46,596 bases of DNA, from positions 408 through 47,003 of the forward strand of contig JAYOMI010000020.1 in assembly GCA_038120765.1 (NCBI GenBank). Direction: 5' to 3'. This stretch comes from Rhodospirillaceae bacterium (lineage in GTDB: Bacteria > Pseudomonadota > Alphaproteobacteria > MPNO01 > UBA830). Below the pieces are notes generated by a model that was not told where the DNA came from, ran no database searches, and was given only the letters and a program-made list of their open reading frames with translations. Made by a program: the position numbers and the translations under genes. Shown one piece after another: positions 35,763-45,596 of this stretch. How positions within the stretch are numbered: the first letter of the stretch is position 1; each line of letters begins with the position of its first letter.

Positions 35763-35787
35763 CCCCTCTCCCTCTTTGGGAGAGGGG
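35763..35787 (+). terminator. Perfect 10-bp stem hairpin after the CpxP/Spy-like gene
   Basis: CCCCTCTCCC-tcttt-GGGAGAGGGG, 23 nt after the stop. Only a short TT follows. Confidence 0.55.
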
Positions 35788-35811
35788 TTCCACGGGGCTA
35801 AAGGAGCGATA

Positions 35812-36309
35812 ATGGAAAGATATTCAGACCCGTTCGAAGACATCGACATTTATCAGGACCGCCCTGAGGTGATGGCGCGTCCGCCGCGGATTGTGTTGAT
35901 CTTTCTGGTTGCGGGATTTGTGCTCGACCAGTTCATGCTGGCACCTTTCAAATACGAGCCCGTGCAGTATATCGGCGGCGGCGGGCTCCTGATCGGCGGG
36001 CTCGCGCTGATGGCGGCAGCTTTGTGGCAATTCTGGGCCAGCGGGACGCCCGTCGAAACCTGGCGACCCACCGAGGCAGTCGTCACCGACGGGCCATATG
36101 GTACGACCCGCAATCCGATCTATATCGCGTTGATGACGATCTATACCGCAATCGGCGTGATCGCCAATGCGCCTGCGGTGGTCGCTCTGTTGCCGGTGCT
36201 GTTCGCGGTCCTGCATGTCGGTGTGGTGCTGCGCGAAGAAGACTATCTTGAATGCAAGTTCGGTGATTCCTACCTTCAGTACAGGCAGGCCGTGCCCCGC
36301 TGGTTCTAG
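35812..36309 (+). CDS. ICMT/PEMT-like membrane methyltransferase family protein
   Basis: Polytopic membrane protein with GPYGTTRNPIYIALM and REEDYLECKFGDSYLQY, typical of the isoprenylcysteine carboxyl methyltransferase-like family. AAGGAG SD. Confidence 0.6.
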   Translation: MERYSDPFEDIDIYQDRPEVMARPPRIVLIFLVAGFVLDQFMLAPFKYEPVQYIGGGGLLIGGLALMAAALWQFWASGTPVETWRPTEAVVTDGPYGTTRNPIYIALMTIYTAIGVIANAPAVVALLPVLFAVLHVGVVLREEDYLECKFGDSYLQYRQAVPRWF

Positions 36310-36405
36310 CCCCCTGAACCGGCTGGTGCCCGTGCCCGCTTGACAGACCGGTGGCCGTCGACAAACGATGGCCGCCGGTTTTGACTTTTGGAAACAGGGC
36401 TATCT

Positions 36406-37722
36406 ATGGCATCCGCGCAGGACTTGGTTGACGACAGACCGGGCGAGAATATTTTTCGCGTACACAGATCGGCATTCACCGACCCCGCGATATTTGAGCA
36501 GGAAATGTCGGAGATTTTCGGTCGTACATGGCTGTATCTTTGCCATGAGAGCCAGGTGGCCGATCACGGCGATTACATCGCGACCCGTATCGGGACACAG
36601 CCGGTTTTCGTCATACGCGGCAGCGACGATGTCATCCGGTGTTTTTACGATGTGTGCAGCCATCGGGGCTCCCGACTGACGGGCCGGACATCCGGTTCGG
36701 CAAAAACGCTCACCTGCCGCTATCACGGCTGGTGCTTCAACGCGGACGGCGCCTGTACGCTGGTTCGTGGCGGCGACGAGGCCTACAGGCCGGAAGACCT
36801 CGACCGCATGGGCACGAACCTGCACCCCATCGAACAATTTTCGTCCTACAAGGGCTTTCTGTTCGGCTGCCTGGATGCCGATGCCCCGCCGCTCGAAGAA
36901 TTCCTCGGCGGGGCGATGCCGTTTATCGATCTGATAACGGATCAGGCCCCGGACGGCATGGAAATCCTCCGCGGCGAAAGCCGATACATGATGGAGGCGA
37001 ACTGGAAGCTTCAGACCGAGAATTCGACCGACGGTTATCACGTTGCGACTGTTCACCGGAATTTTGCCACCACCGTCGGCTACCGCGAAACACTGGCGCC
37101 CGGCGGCGATGACGGAATGGCCAAGACGGAGGCAAGCCGGATTCTCAGCCTGGAGAAGATCAATTCAGGAGGCTATGACGTCGGTAACGGGCACATGATC
37201 AATTGGGCCGATCGGGGCAACCCGGAGGCCGGGCCGTCCTGGCCGCAGCGTGATACCCTGTTGCAGCACCATCCCGACGGGAAGGTGAAATGGATGCTCG
37301 AACGGGGACGCACGGTCACTGTATTTCCCAACCTGTTGCTGAACGATGTCGCGTCCAGCTGTATCCGCGTGTGGCGGCCGGTCAGTGTCGGGCTGACCGA
37401 GATCGAGACGTGGTGTATTGCGCCCCGGAACGAAGCCCCCGAGGCGCGCCGCGCCCGCATCCGTAAATACGAGGATTTTTTCTTCCCTGCGAGTCTTGCA
37501 GTGCCTGACGATGTGCGGGCGATGGAAGGGGCGCAGACCGGGTCCGAAGCCCTGGAGGACGGATGGAACGACCTTGCACTCGGCCACAAGACGCTGGTCG
37601 AAGGTGCGGATGAAGCGGCGCTGGAGCTTGGCGTGAGGCCTCTGAACAGCAATCCGGGGCGCGAGGTGGAAACGCCTTTTTTCGCATTCTGGCGGGAGTG
37701 GGCGGCGAGGTTGTCGTCATGA
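36406..37722 (+). CDS. Rieske aromatic ring-hydroxylating oxygenase, alpha subunit
   Basis: Rieske motif CSHRGSRL-x-CRYHGWCF (C-x-H-x17-C-x2-H). The catalytic domain has the NSTDGYHVATVH region. Confidence 0.9.
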   Translation: MASAQDLVDDRPGENIFRVHRSAFTDPAIFEQEMSEIFGRTWLYLCHESQVADHGDYIATRIGTQPVFVIRGSDDVIRCFYDVCSHRGSRLTGRTSGSAKTLTCRYHGWCFNADGACTLVRGGDEAYRPEDLDRMGTNLHPIEQFSSYKGFLFGCLDADAPPLEEFLGGAMPFIDLITDQAPDGMEILRGESRYMMEANWKLQTENSTDGYHVATVHRNFATTVGYRETLAPGGDDGMAKTEASRILSLEKINSGGYDVGNGHMINWADRGNPEAGPSWPQRDTLLQHHPDGKVKWMLERGRTVTVFPNLLLNDVASSCIRVWRPVSVGLTEIETWCIAPRNEAPEARRARIRKYEDFFFPASLAVPDDVRAMEGAQTGSEALEDGWNDLALGHKTLVEGADEAALELGVRPLNSNPGREVETPFFAFWREWAARLSS

Positions 37723-38207
37723 CCGGTTTCAGGACTGCCGCCGAAGACCTCCTTTATCGCGAAGCCTGGTGTCTCGATAACAAACGCTGGGATGACTGGC
37801 TCGTGCTGTATGCCGAAGATGCCGTCTACTGGGCACCCGCGATGGACGGCGACGAAGGCTGGACGGACGATCCCGACAACGACGTCAGCCTTATGTATAT
37901 GGACAAGGCGGGCCTCGAAGCCCGGATATTCCGCATTGAGGGCCATGACTCATATGCGACCGACCCGTTGCCGCATACTGCGCACCTTGTCACCAACGTC
38001 CTGGTTCACGGAGAACAGGACGGGCTGGTTCGCGTCTCCGCGACATGGCTTGTCCGCACCTATGCGCGGGTACGCGGCGCCGCGGTGCGCAGCGGTCTCT
38101 ATGACTACGGGCTGCGCGAAACGGCGGAAGGTTTGCGTATCGCAACTAAGAAAATATTCATTCACGACGACCGGATCGTCGGGCCGATAGATATCTATAA
38201 TATCTGA
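37719..38207 (+). CDS. Ring-hydroxylating oxygenase beta subunit (NTF2/SnoaL-like)
   Basis: LLYREAWCLDNKRWDDWL signature. ATGA overlap with the alpha subunit stop. Confidence 0.8.
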   Translation: MTGFRTAAEDLLYREAWCLDNKRWDDWLVLYAEDAVYWAPAMDGDEGWTDDPDNDVSLMYMDKAGLEARIFRIEGHDSYATDPLPHTAHLVTNVLVHGEQDGLVRVSATWLVRTYARVRGAAVRSGLYDYGLRETAEGLRIATKKIFIHDDRIVGPIDIYNI

Positions 38208-38235
38208 CCGGCTCCGACGGGATCGTTCTATCGGC

Positions 38236-39204
38236 CTATCGGCAGGCGGCGATTACACGAGCCGGGGCACCGGTCGACGATGTCAGCCGTATTGCGCCGG
38301 CGATCAGGGTGCAGGTGCCGCTTTCATTTGCGAGCTGTCCTGTGCCTTTGGCATTCTCCAGAAGTTTCCAGCCCCGCGTGAGCCCGAACTGATGGGCGTA
38401 CCAGCCGTCGCCGAACGGATTTTTGCCGTCCGACCCACGTCCGGATTCGCCGGAATCGATCGACAGGTTATCCATCATGATGCCGTTGATGCGAATGCCT
38501 TTGCGGTTCTCGATCTCGATAAGCTTTTCGACCGCCGATTTTCCGAAGCCCGGGTAGTTGAGCCCGTTGATATAGGGGTGCAGGAAGGGGTCCTGGGGCG
38601 GATCGCCGACGAAATGCTTGTCCCATCCAGAATGCACGACAATCCAGGACCTGTCCGTGATCTGGCCGGCAACCTTTTCTATATCGGCCGGCAGCACGGT
38701 GGCGCCGGTCGCTTCGCTGAAATCGGTTACCGCGGGATTTGGGGAGGGTTTGCCGCCATTCTTGGCCAGCTCCTTCGAAACGCGGTCGGAAATATCGATA
38801 TAGACGATTTTGCCGATGATATCGCGCAGCGTGTATTCCTCGACCGAGCGTTTGTCGGCGTTCGCCGATTTATCGGTATTGAGGTAGTGATCGGTCGAAT
38901 CCAGATGAGTGGTGTAGTGCTCGTCGAAATGGAACCAGCCCCACTGGAAAAACCCGGTCTGGGTCTTGAACGGGTCCTTGACCTTGCGGGTTGCCTGGAA
39001 ACCGAAGCTCGCGACGGCTTTGGAATCCTTGAATGGCTTTGTAAGGTCGGGCTTTGTGATATCGCCTCCCGTCGGGGCGAATAGCGGAATCTGATGTGTG
39101 AAATCGTAGTAACGCACATCGTCTATACTGGTCTGGGCAACGGATGATGCGCTGCCGCTCACGGAAATGGCGGCGACGGCGGCAATGAATGTCCTGTTGA
39201 TCAT
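38236..39204 (-). CDS. Secreted cyclase-family protein (arylformamidase/kynurenine formamidase-like)
   Basis: Signal peptide MINRTFIAAVAAISVSGSASSVAQ. HYTTHLDSTDHY resembles the HxGTHxDxPxH motif of the putative-cyclase family. Confidence 0.6.
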   Translation of the reverse strand: MINRTFIAAVAAISVSGSASSVAQTSIDDVRYYDFTHQIPLFAPTGGDITKPDLTKPFKDSKAVASFGFQATRKVKDPFKTQTGFFQWGWFHFDEHYTTHLDSTDHYLNTDKSANADKRSVEEYTLRDIIGKIVYIDISDRVSKELAKNGGKPSPNPAVTDFSEATGATVLPADIEKVAGQITDRSWIVVHSGWDKHFVGDPPQDPFLHPYINGLNYPGFGKSAVEKLIEIENRKGIRINGIMMDNLSIDSGESGRGSDGKNPFGDGWYAHQFGLTRGWKLLENAKGTGQLANESGTCTLIAGAIRLTSSTGAPARVIAACR

Positions 39205-39239
39205 GATTTTTTCCCTTCTTCGATCGTCGTTGGCGGCGT

Positions 39240-40121
39240 TCAGCCCGAAAAGGGCAAAGCCCAGGAACAGTGTTCGTGGCCTGCACCGAACTGGTTGTTG
39301 GTCTGATCCGGATTCCGGTTGACCAGCGGGCGCGCATAAAGCGGGTGCGTCAGCGAGCGCATTTCGTGGTCGAGCGTGAACAATACCTTGCCGGTGTCCA
39401 GGTCGGTGATGTCTTCGAAGCGGTATTGATGCTGGCTGCTCTCCTCGGATACGAGCCCGCGTTCCAGCAGCTTGTTGTACGGGCCGGAGAAATCCGCGAT
39501 GTAAATCTGGATGTGGTGACCGTCGAACGGCACGATTTTGCGTCGCGTCTCGGTAAAAATCAGGTGCTGTTCGTACCCGACCTGCACGCGGGCCGAGGTT
39601 CCGTTACGGTTTTTCACCTTCGTCGGCGCACCGACGATTTCGCGGTAGAATCTCGCGATCCCTTTGGCGCTGCCGGGCGGCACGTCGAAATCGAGATACG
39701 CAATCCCGAGTGCGACCCGGCCGAAGCTTTTGCCGGGTTCATGGATACGAAAGCGGTTGCCCCAGGGACATGTCACGTCGACATGGTCCTTGGCTGCCTT
39801 CCAGCCGAACCTGGTGCCTTTGAGCGGTTCCTTGACCAGTTTGAGGCGGTCGAGAAGCCTGTCGCGGTTCGGCATCACGATGCCAATGGTGCCGCGCACC
39901 ACGTTCGGTTTGTTTGTCGGCAGGTGGAACTGGTTGCGACCCAGATTCACCCACATGTTGGTCACGCCGGTCACCAGCGTCGGGTCACGCGTCAGCCCGA
40001 GGCCAGTGATGTAGAACAACGTGGCCAGTCGCTGGTCCGGGATACAGACATTGACGTGTTCCATTGCGACCACGTTGCCGAGGTCTTCGGCGTTGCGGTC
40101 GTATTGCGGTTTCTTTGCCAT
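39240..40121 (-). CDS. Conserved hypothetical, possibly VOC (glyoxalase/dioxygenase) fold
   Basis: The N-terminal LGNVVAMEHVNVCIPDQRLATLFYITGLGLTRDP resembles a VOC beta-alpha-beta-beta-beta module. Good GGAGGA SD. The function call is weak. Confidence 0.4.
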   Translation of the reverse strand: MAKKPQYDRNAEDLGNVVAMEHVNVCIPDQRLATLFYITGLGLTRDPTLVTGVTNMWVNLGRNQFHLPTNKPNVVRGTIGIVMPNRDRLLDRLKLVKEPLKGTRFGWKAAKDHVDVTCPWGNRFRIHEPGKSFGRVALGIAYLDFDVPPGSAKGIARFYREIVGAPTKVKNRNGTSARVQVGYEQHLIFTETRRKIVPFDGHHIQIYIADFSGPYNKLLERGLVSEESSQHQYRFEDITDLDTGKVLFTLDHEMRSLTHPLYARPLVNRNPDQTNNQFGAGHEHCSWALPFSG

Positions 40122-40160
40122 GACGTCCTCCAGCGACGACCGATGCTTGGTCAGGGAAGT

Positions 40161-40931
40161 TTATCCTTTGCCGTGGGGATTCACATCTGAAAGTATTGCC
40201 GCCGCGCTTGCCATCATCAGGCGGAAATCGCTCGAAAGCGTAACGAGATCGAAGCCCTTCTCCACCATCTCGTTGGCATAGGCAGCGGTCATTGTATGAA
40301 TGCCCGCCTTGATGCCGTGACGACGGGTGGCGGCGAGGGTCGCATCGATACGTTCCATCACGTCCGGGTCGCGCTGGTCGCCGCCCGGCCCCTTGCCGAT
40401 GGAGACCGACAGGTCGGACGGGCCGATATAGACGGCGTCGAGGCCCGGCACGCTGCAGATCTCGTCCAGGTTATCCACCGCCTCCTGCGTTTCAATCATG
40501 GCAAAGGTGAGAACGGCGGTGTCTGCGTGTTCATGGTAATCGGCGCCGGCATAAAAACTGGCGCGGACCGGCCCGGTTGAGCGGTAGCCGGCAGGCGCGT
40601 AGCGGCAGGCGCCGACGAAACGCTCGCATTCGTCGCGGGTGTTTATCATCGGGCAAATGACGCCGTATGCGCCCGCATCCAGCGATTTCATAATGATCGC
40701 GGGGTCGTTCCACGGCACGCGGACCATCGGCGACGGATCGTAGCGCGCGGCTGCCTGCATCATGTGCAAGGCACTGTGATAGTCGGTAACGCCATGCTGC
40801 ATGTCGATGGTGATGCCGTCCCAGTCGAGCGATGCCATGATTTCCGAGGAGAAAGAGGAAGGAATGCAGAGAAAGACATTCACTGCCGTACGGCCTTCTG
40901 CCCAGGCCTGCTGAATCTTGTTTGGTCGCAT
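40161..40931 (-). CDS. HpcH/HpaI family 2-keto-3-deoxy-acid aldolase
   Basis: GITIDMQHG, MIETQEAVDNLDEI and YIGPSDLS motifs. GGGGAGA SD. Confidence 0.85.
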   Translation of the reverse strand: MRPNKIQQAWAEGRTAVNVFLCIPSSFSSEIMASLDWDGITIDMQHGVTDYHSALHMMQAAARYDPSPMVRVPWNDPAIIMKSLDAGAYGVICPMINTRDECERFVGACRYAPAGYRSTGPVRASFYAGADYHEHADTAVLTFAMIETQEAVDNLDEICSVPGLDAVYIGPSDLSVSIGKGPGGDQRDPDVMERIDATLAATRRHGIKAGIHTMTAAYANEMVEKGFDLVTLSSDFRLMMASAAAILSDVNPHGKG

Positions 40932-41041
40932 TTTTATCTCCCCGTTGCTCTGGCCGATTTCAGATATGTCTTACACCGATCCCGGCGACGGGGGGAGAGT
41001 GGATTGACGCATCGCAGGCCAAATGCGTATCTGGCGGGGAA

Positions 41042-41977
41042 ATGCAGATCAAAAACCCGATCAACTACATCGAGGAAATGGAGAATGTGTCGCCCACGGT
41101 GCGCGGCATCATTCTGGTGGTGATATCGGGCGCATTCTTCGCATCGATGCACGGTTCCGTCCGCCTGCTCTCGCGCGATCTGGATGCCATGGAAATCGCG
41201 TTTTTCCGGGCATTCTTCGGGTTCGTTTTCTTTGCCCCGATCCTGCTGAAATCCCGTCTGTCGGTGCTGCGGACCAACCGCTTTCCGCTGCATATGGCGC
41301 GCGGAGTGTTCAACGGGGCGTCGCTGCTGATGTGGTTTACCGCGCTCAGCATGGTGCCGCTGGGCGACGCGACCGCTTTGTCGCTGACGGGGCCGTTATT
41401 CGTCAGTCTGGGCGCGATGCTGATCCTTGGCGAGAGCGTTCGGGGACCCCGCTGGGCGGCACTCGCGGTCGGCTTCGCCGGCGCGCTGATTATCGTCCGG
41501 CCGGGGCTTCAGGAAATCAATTTCGGAATGGTGCTGATCTTCCTGTCGATGCTGTCGGTCACCTGTTCCAAGCTGATAGCGAAATCGCTCTCGCGAACCG
41601 ACCAGCCGTCCACAATTGTCGCCTATCTGTCCCTTACGATGATGGTGCCGTCGGGAATTGCCGTTTTCTTCGTCTGGCAGACGCCCACGATCGAACAGCT
41701 TTTCTTCATGATGATGATCGGGTTCCTCGGCAGTTGCGGACACATGCTGCTGACGACGGCCTATAAAATCGCCGATATTTCCGCCGTCGAACCGGTGGTT
41801 TTTGCGCGTCTGGTCTGGGCGGCTCTCGTCGGCTGGTTCCTGTTTGCGGAATTCCCCGGCATCTGGGTATGGGTTGGCGGCGCGCTGATCGTGACCGCAT
41901 CGACCCTGCTAGCACGGCATGAATCCCGTCAGCGCCGGAAAGCAAAAGTGGACGGCCCGGGCAAGACTGCCGACTAG
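41042..41977 (+). CDS. DMT superfamily (EamA-like) transporter
   Basis: Ten predicted TM segments in two EamA-type halves. The start is uncertain (41042 or 41078). The ORF-track start at 40922 overlaps the aldolase gene. Confidence 0.8.
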   Translation: MQIKNPINYIEEMENVSPTVRGIILVVISGAFFASMHGSVRLLSRDLDAMEIAFFRAFFGFVFFAPILLKSRLSVLRTNRFPLHMARGVFNGASLLMWFTALSMVPLGDATALSLTGPLFVSLGAMLILGESVRGPRWAALAVGFAGALIIVRPGLQEINFGMVLIFLSMLSVTCSKLIAKSLSRTDQPSTIVAYLSLTMMVPSGIAVFFVWQTPTIEQLFFMMMIGFLGSCGHMLLTTAYKIADISAVEPVVFARLVWAALVGWFLFAEFPGIWVWVGGALIVTASTLLARHESRQRRKAKVDGPGKTAD

Positions 41978-42459
41978 TTACCGGTTCCGGATGCCTGTAT
42001 CTGGCCGGTCAGTTTCGTCAGCCACGCCCGAACCCGCTTTTTGTTTACGCCGAGGTCGGACTCGCCGTAGTTGGAACGGCTGTAGATGATGATGGCGCTT
42101 CCGGTGCCGGTCCTGACGCCCTGAATCCAGACAGTATCGGGAAACCTGAAAATACGGCTTCGCTGGACGAACACCAGTTGCTGCAGGTTCTCATCCTGCG
42201 CCACAAGTTTCGTGCGGGGCTCGTCTCCGATGACCTTTTCGGCGATCTTCAGCAGCTCTTCGACTGAAACGGCAAATGACGGGCTCTCGAAATCTGCATC
42301 GACACGACACAAGCCGGCGGGGCAGGCCAGCGCATCGTTTGACTTCGTGCGTTCCTCGAGAGTCCGTATATCCATTGGGGTCACGTCAAACTCACACCCT
42401 GAAAGCAGCGGAACTATAAGTGCCAGAACGACGATTCTGGCAAACGATCTGATGGTCAT
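41974..42459 (-). CDS. DUF1499 family lipoprotein
   Basis: Lipobox LLSGC. RIFRFPDTVWIQ and SRSNYGESDLGVNKKRV are characteristic of DUF1499. Confidence 0.7.
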   Translation of the reverse strand: MTIRSFARIVVLALIVPLLSGCEFDVTPMDIRTLEERTKSNDALACPAGLCRVDADFESPSFAVSVEELLKIAEKVIGDEPRTKLVAQDENLQQLVFVQRSRIFRFPDTVWIQGVRTGTGSAIIIYSRSNYGESDLGVNKKRVRAWLTKLTGQIQASGTGN

Positions 42460-42486
42460 TGCGGATCGGGGAAATTGCCGCGAGGA

Positions 42487-43578
42487 CTATTCTGCCGCCT
42501 GGGCAAAAGGCAGCGTAACAACCCCGTCATCGGCCAGCGGGACCGGCACGGCGCAATAGTCCGGATCATCGGCCTCGCGCTGAATCATCGCTTCCAGAAG
42601 GCGGCGCCCCGTCACGGGTGCCTTATCGACCTTCACCGCCATTTGCGGCAGTTTCGGCATGCCTTCCTCCTGCAGGCGGCGATCCTGCATTTCCAGCAAG
42701 GCGCGGTCTTCGCTGAACGTCTGTTGTGTCGAAGTGTAAATATTCTCATGCAATTCGTCGTCATCAAGGCGGAAATTGCGGGCGAGACCCCAGATGTAAT
42801 GGGACGTGTGATCGGTCTCCGGCGTTATGAGATGGATGGGGCGCATCATAAAGTGGTCGTTTACCCGGTCGGTACCGACGGCATGGAAGCCGACCTCGGT
42901 CATATTGAAACCGGGCGCCATATAAATCGCGATCTGCCAGCGATTGATCCGCCCGTCATGGCCCTGAGCGAGTGCAAAGAACGGGGGTGGTTCGATATCG
43001 GGCATCTCGCGATGGGCGCGAACCACACGGTCTTCGATCACTTCCGTCACGACGGGGGCGTCGGCGACGGCGGCATTGCCGATTGTATGTTTGTGGATAT
43101 AGGTCTCGTGCGAGAGGTCGAGCAGGTTGTCGTTGACCAGCCGGTAATCCGCATTGAAATGCAGATAGCCGGTCGTTGCGCGCCAATCCGGCGAATCCAG
43201 CCAGTGCAGATCGGGTATGAGATTCTCGTCGGCGAGGCGGGCTTCCCCCATCCATATCCAGATCAGGGCATGCCGTTCGGCGACGGGAAATTTTCTGACG
43301 TTTACGTTCTTCGGCACCTGTTCCTGTCCCGGGACGAACGCGCAGGCGCCATCGGCATCAAACCGCAGGCCGTGATAGCCGCACTCGACAAGCCCGTCGA
43401 CGGTTTTGCCGGTAGATAGCGGAACCAGGCGGTGAGGGCAGCGGTCTTCCAGTGCCGCGACAACGCCATCCGAGTTACGCCAGAAAATGACGGCCTGGTT
43501 CAGCAAAGTGCGGGCAAAAAGGGCTTCCGTTATTTCATGGGCGTGGGCTGCCACATACCAGCAATTTTTCGGGAACAT
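42487..43578 (-). CDS. Rieske [2Fe-2S] oxygenase, VanA/phthalate-family (alpha-only type)
   Basis: MFPKNCWYVAAHAHEI N-terminus and Rieske motif CPHRLVPL-x-CGYHGLRF. GAGGA SD before the ATG at 43578. Confidence 0.85.
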   Translation of the reverse strand: MFPKNCWYVAAHAHEITEALFARTLLNQAVIFWRNSDGVVAALEDRCPHRLVPLSTGKTVDGLVECGYHGLRFDADGACAFVPGQEQVPKNVNVRKFPVAERHALIWIWMGEARLADENLIPDLHWLDSPDWRATTGYLHFNADYRLVNDNLLDLSHETYIHKHTIGNAAVADAPVVTEVIEDRVVRAHREMPDIEPPPFFALAQGHDGRINRWQIAIYMAPGFNMTEVGFHAVGTDRVNDHFMMRPIHLITPETDHTSHYIWGLARNFRLDDDELHENIYTSTQQTFSEDRALLEMQDRRLQEEGMPKLPQMAVKVDKAPVTGRRLLEAMIQREADDPDYCAVPVPLADDGVVTLPFAQAAE

Positions 43579-43684
43579 CGAGAGATCCTCTTCTATCTGC
43601 CCTGATCTTTCCACATATCGATCAGTGGAGTCTATCGTGTCCCGACAGGTCTCCCTGTCCCGCGATCACCGGGACATTGAGCAA

Positions 43685-44134
43685 CTAGACCTCTGGCCGG
43701 TCGCGCACCATGCTTTTTCCAAGGGTATAGATTTCCGCCGGGAACGGGGTCGCCTTGCGGCGTTTGGTATCGAAGTGAAGGCATCGCTGGTCGTTGACGG
43801 CGCATATTTCGTCGGTGATGCGATTGATCATCACATTCCAGACATGCAGCCACTTCTCGCTGAAGTCGATAAAGCAGGTTTTGACGATCACGTGGTCGCC
43901 GGGATGAATTTCCCGGCGGTAATAGCTGTGTTCCTCTACGGCTGCCATGCCGAGGTTGTTTTCGCGCATGTATCCCGGCGTGATCCCCGCAAAGGTGAAC
44001 ATGAAATAGGCGGATTCGTTGAAAGCCCGGCTGTAATAGCGCACGTTGGCGTGCAGCATGTGGTCGGTTTCCATCGGGTAAAGCATCCCCGAATATCCGG
44101 TCTCAAGCCCGGAAAAGCGTTCCATATTAGTCAT
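43685..44134 (-). CDS. Hotdog-fold acyl-CoA thioesterase (4HBT-like)
   Basis: About 150 aa with a thioesterase-superfamily pattern (HANVRYYSRAFNES...AAVEEHSYYRREIHPGD). Start uncertain (GTG 44149, ATG 44134 or ATG 44125). Confidence 0.65.
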   Translation of the reverse strand: MTNMERFSGLETGYSGMLYPMETDHMLHANVRYYSRAFNESAYFMFTFAGITPGYMRENNLGMAAVEEHSYYRREIHPGDHVIVKTCFIDFSEKWLHVWNVMINRITDEICAVNDQRCLHFDTKRRKATPFPAEIYTLGKSMVRDRPEV

Positions 44135-44255
44135 TTGGTCTTTTTGCACTGCAATATAATTGAAGCGCCCGGGTATCAGATTCCGCTTGCGTCTGTCAAA
44201 TTCATGGCGCGTCTTGGGGACGCGGATTGTCTGATGCGGCTGTTGTCAGCCCCCG

Positions 44256-45524
44256 TCAGACGGCGCGCCAGCCTATATCCCGGCGGCAGAAACCCTCTGG
44301 CCAGTCAATCCGGTCAACAGCTTTATAGGCGCGTTCCTGTGCCTCGGCGATCGTTGCGGCGTTCGCCGTCACGTTCAGCACACGGCCACCTGAGGCGACG
44401 ATCTCGCCATCGGCATTTGTGGCGGTGCCTGCATGAAATATCAGAGAGCCCGCAATCTTGGCGGCTTTGTCCAGCCCCCTGATAACCGTGCCTTTTTCAT
44501 AGGCGCCCGGATACCCATTGGCGGCCATGACGACGGTCAGGGCGGCTTCGTCGAACCAGCGGAGGTCGAAATCCTTCAGTTCGCCGTCGCATGCCGCGAT
44601 CAGCGCGGGTACGAGATCGGACATCAGCCGGGTCATCAGGGCCTGGCATTCGGGGTCGCCGAACCGGCAGTTATACTCGACAAGCTTCGGGCCTTCGTCG
44701 GTCAGCATCAGCCCGGCATACAGAACGCCCTGATAGGGGTTTCCATCCGCTTTCATGCCGGCGACGGTCGGCAGGATGATTCTCTCCATCACGGTTGCCG
44801 CGATGTCTTCCGTTACGCAGGGGGCCGGCGAATAGGCGCCCATGCCCCCCGTATTGGGCCCTGTGTCGCCATCGCCGACGCGCTTGTGATCCTGTGCGGA
44901 TGCCAGCGGCAAAACATTCTCGCCATCTGACAAGACAAAGAAGCTCGCTTCCTCGCCTTCCATGAACTCCTCGACCACGACCTCGGCACCGGCATCGCCG
45001 AAGGCGTTGCCGCTCAGCATGTCGTCTACGGCGGCGTTTGCCTGATCGACTGTCTCGCAGATGATAACGCCCTTGCCGGCTGCGAGTCCGTCAGCCTTGA
45101 CGACGATCGGTGCGCCGCGTTCGGCGATAAAAGCTTTTGCCGCATCCGCATCTGTGAACCGTCCATAGGCCGCCGTCGGGATGTCATAGCGGGCGCACAG
45201 GTCTTTCATATACCCCTTGGAGCCCTCGAGCACCGCTGCGGCTGCGCTGGGGCCGAAAGCGCGGATGTTTTCCGCCTGCAGCCTGTCGGCAAGACCAAGC
45301 ACCAGCGGAACTTCCGGCCCGATCACGACAAGTTCGACACCGTTCTCCACCGCGAAGGTCACAAGACCGTCAATGTCGTCGGCGGCAATATCGACACATT
45401 CCGCGTCCTGGGCGATGCCCGCATTGCCGGGGGCGCACCAGAGCGTATCGACCAGTGGAGAGCCTGAAATCGTCCAGCACAGGGCGTGTTCGCGCCCGCC
45501 ACCACCGACAACAAGTACCTTCAT
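44256..45524 (-). CDS. purD: Phosphoribosylamine--glycine ligase
   Basis: [16 protein letters not shown]-terminus and an ATP-grasp body. The ORF-track N-terminal extension is discarded. Confidence 0.95.
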   Translation of the reverse strand: MKVLVVGGGGREHALCWTISGSPLVDTLWCAPGNAGIAQDAECVDIAADDIDGLVTFAVENGVELVVIGPEVPLVLGLADRLQAENIRAFGPSAAAAVLEGSKGYMKDLCARYDIPTAAYGRFTDADAAKAFIAERGAPIVVKADGLAAGKGVIICETVDQANAAVDDMLSGNAFGDAGAEVVVEEFMEGEEASFFVLSDGENVLPLASAQDHKRVGDGDTGPNTGGMGAYSPAPCVTEDIAATVMERIILPTVAGMKADGNPYQGVLYAGLMLTDEGPKLVEYNCRFGDPECQALMTRLMSDLVPALIAACDGELKDFDLRWFDEAALTVVMAANGYPGAYEKGTVIRGLDKAAKIAGSLIFHAGTATNADGEIVASGGRVLNVTANAATIAEAQERAYKAVDRIDWPEGFCRRDIGWRAV

Positions 45525-45596
45525 TCGCGCTTTTCCCGGATTAATCGACACAACATTGGCACACGACTCATCAGATGCCATAAGATGCGAATCGTC

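Noticed and set aside
35776-36309. Considered whether the ICMT-like methyltransferase belongs functionally to the Cpx-like module.
   Set aside because: A perfect 10-bp hairpin separates it from the CpxP/Spy-like gene, and it has its own strong SD. I had no sequence-based evidence for coupling.
40471-40479. DnaA-box-like TTATCCACC.
   Set aside because: It is a single 8/9 match inside the aldolase coding sequence. There is no cluster of boxes and no AT-rich unwinding element, so it is not an origin.
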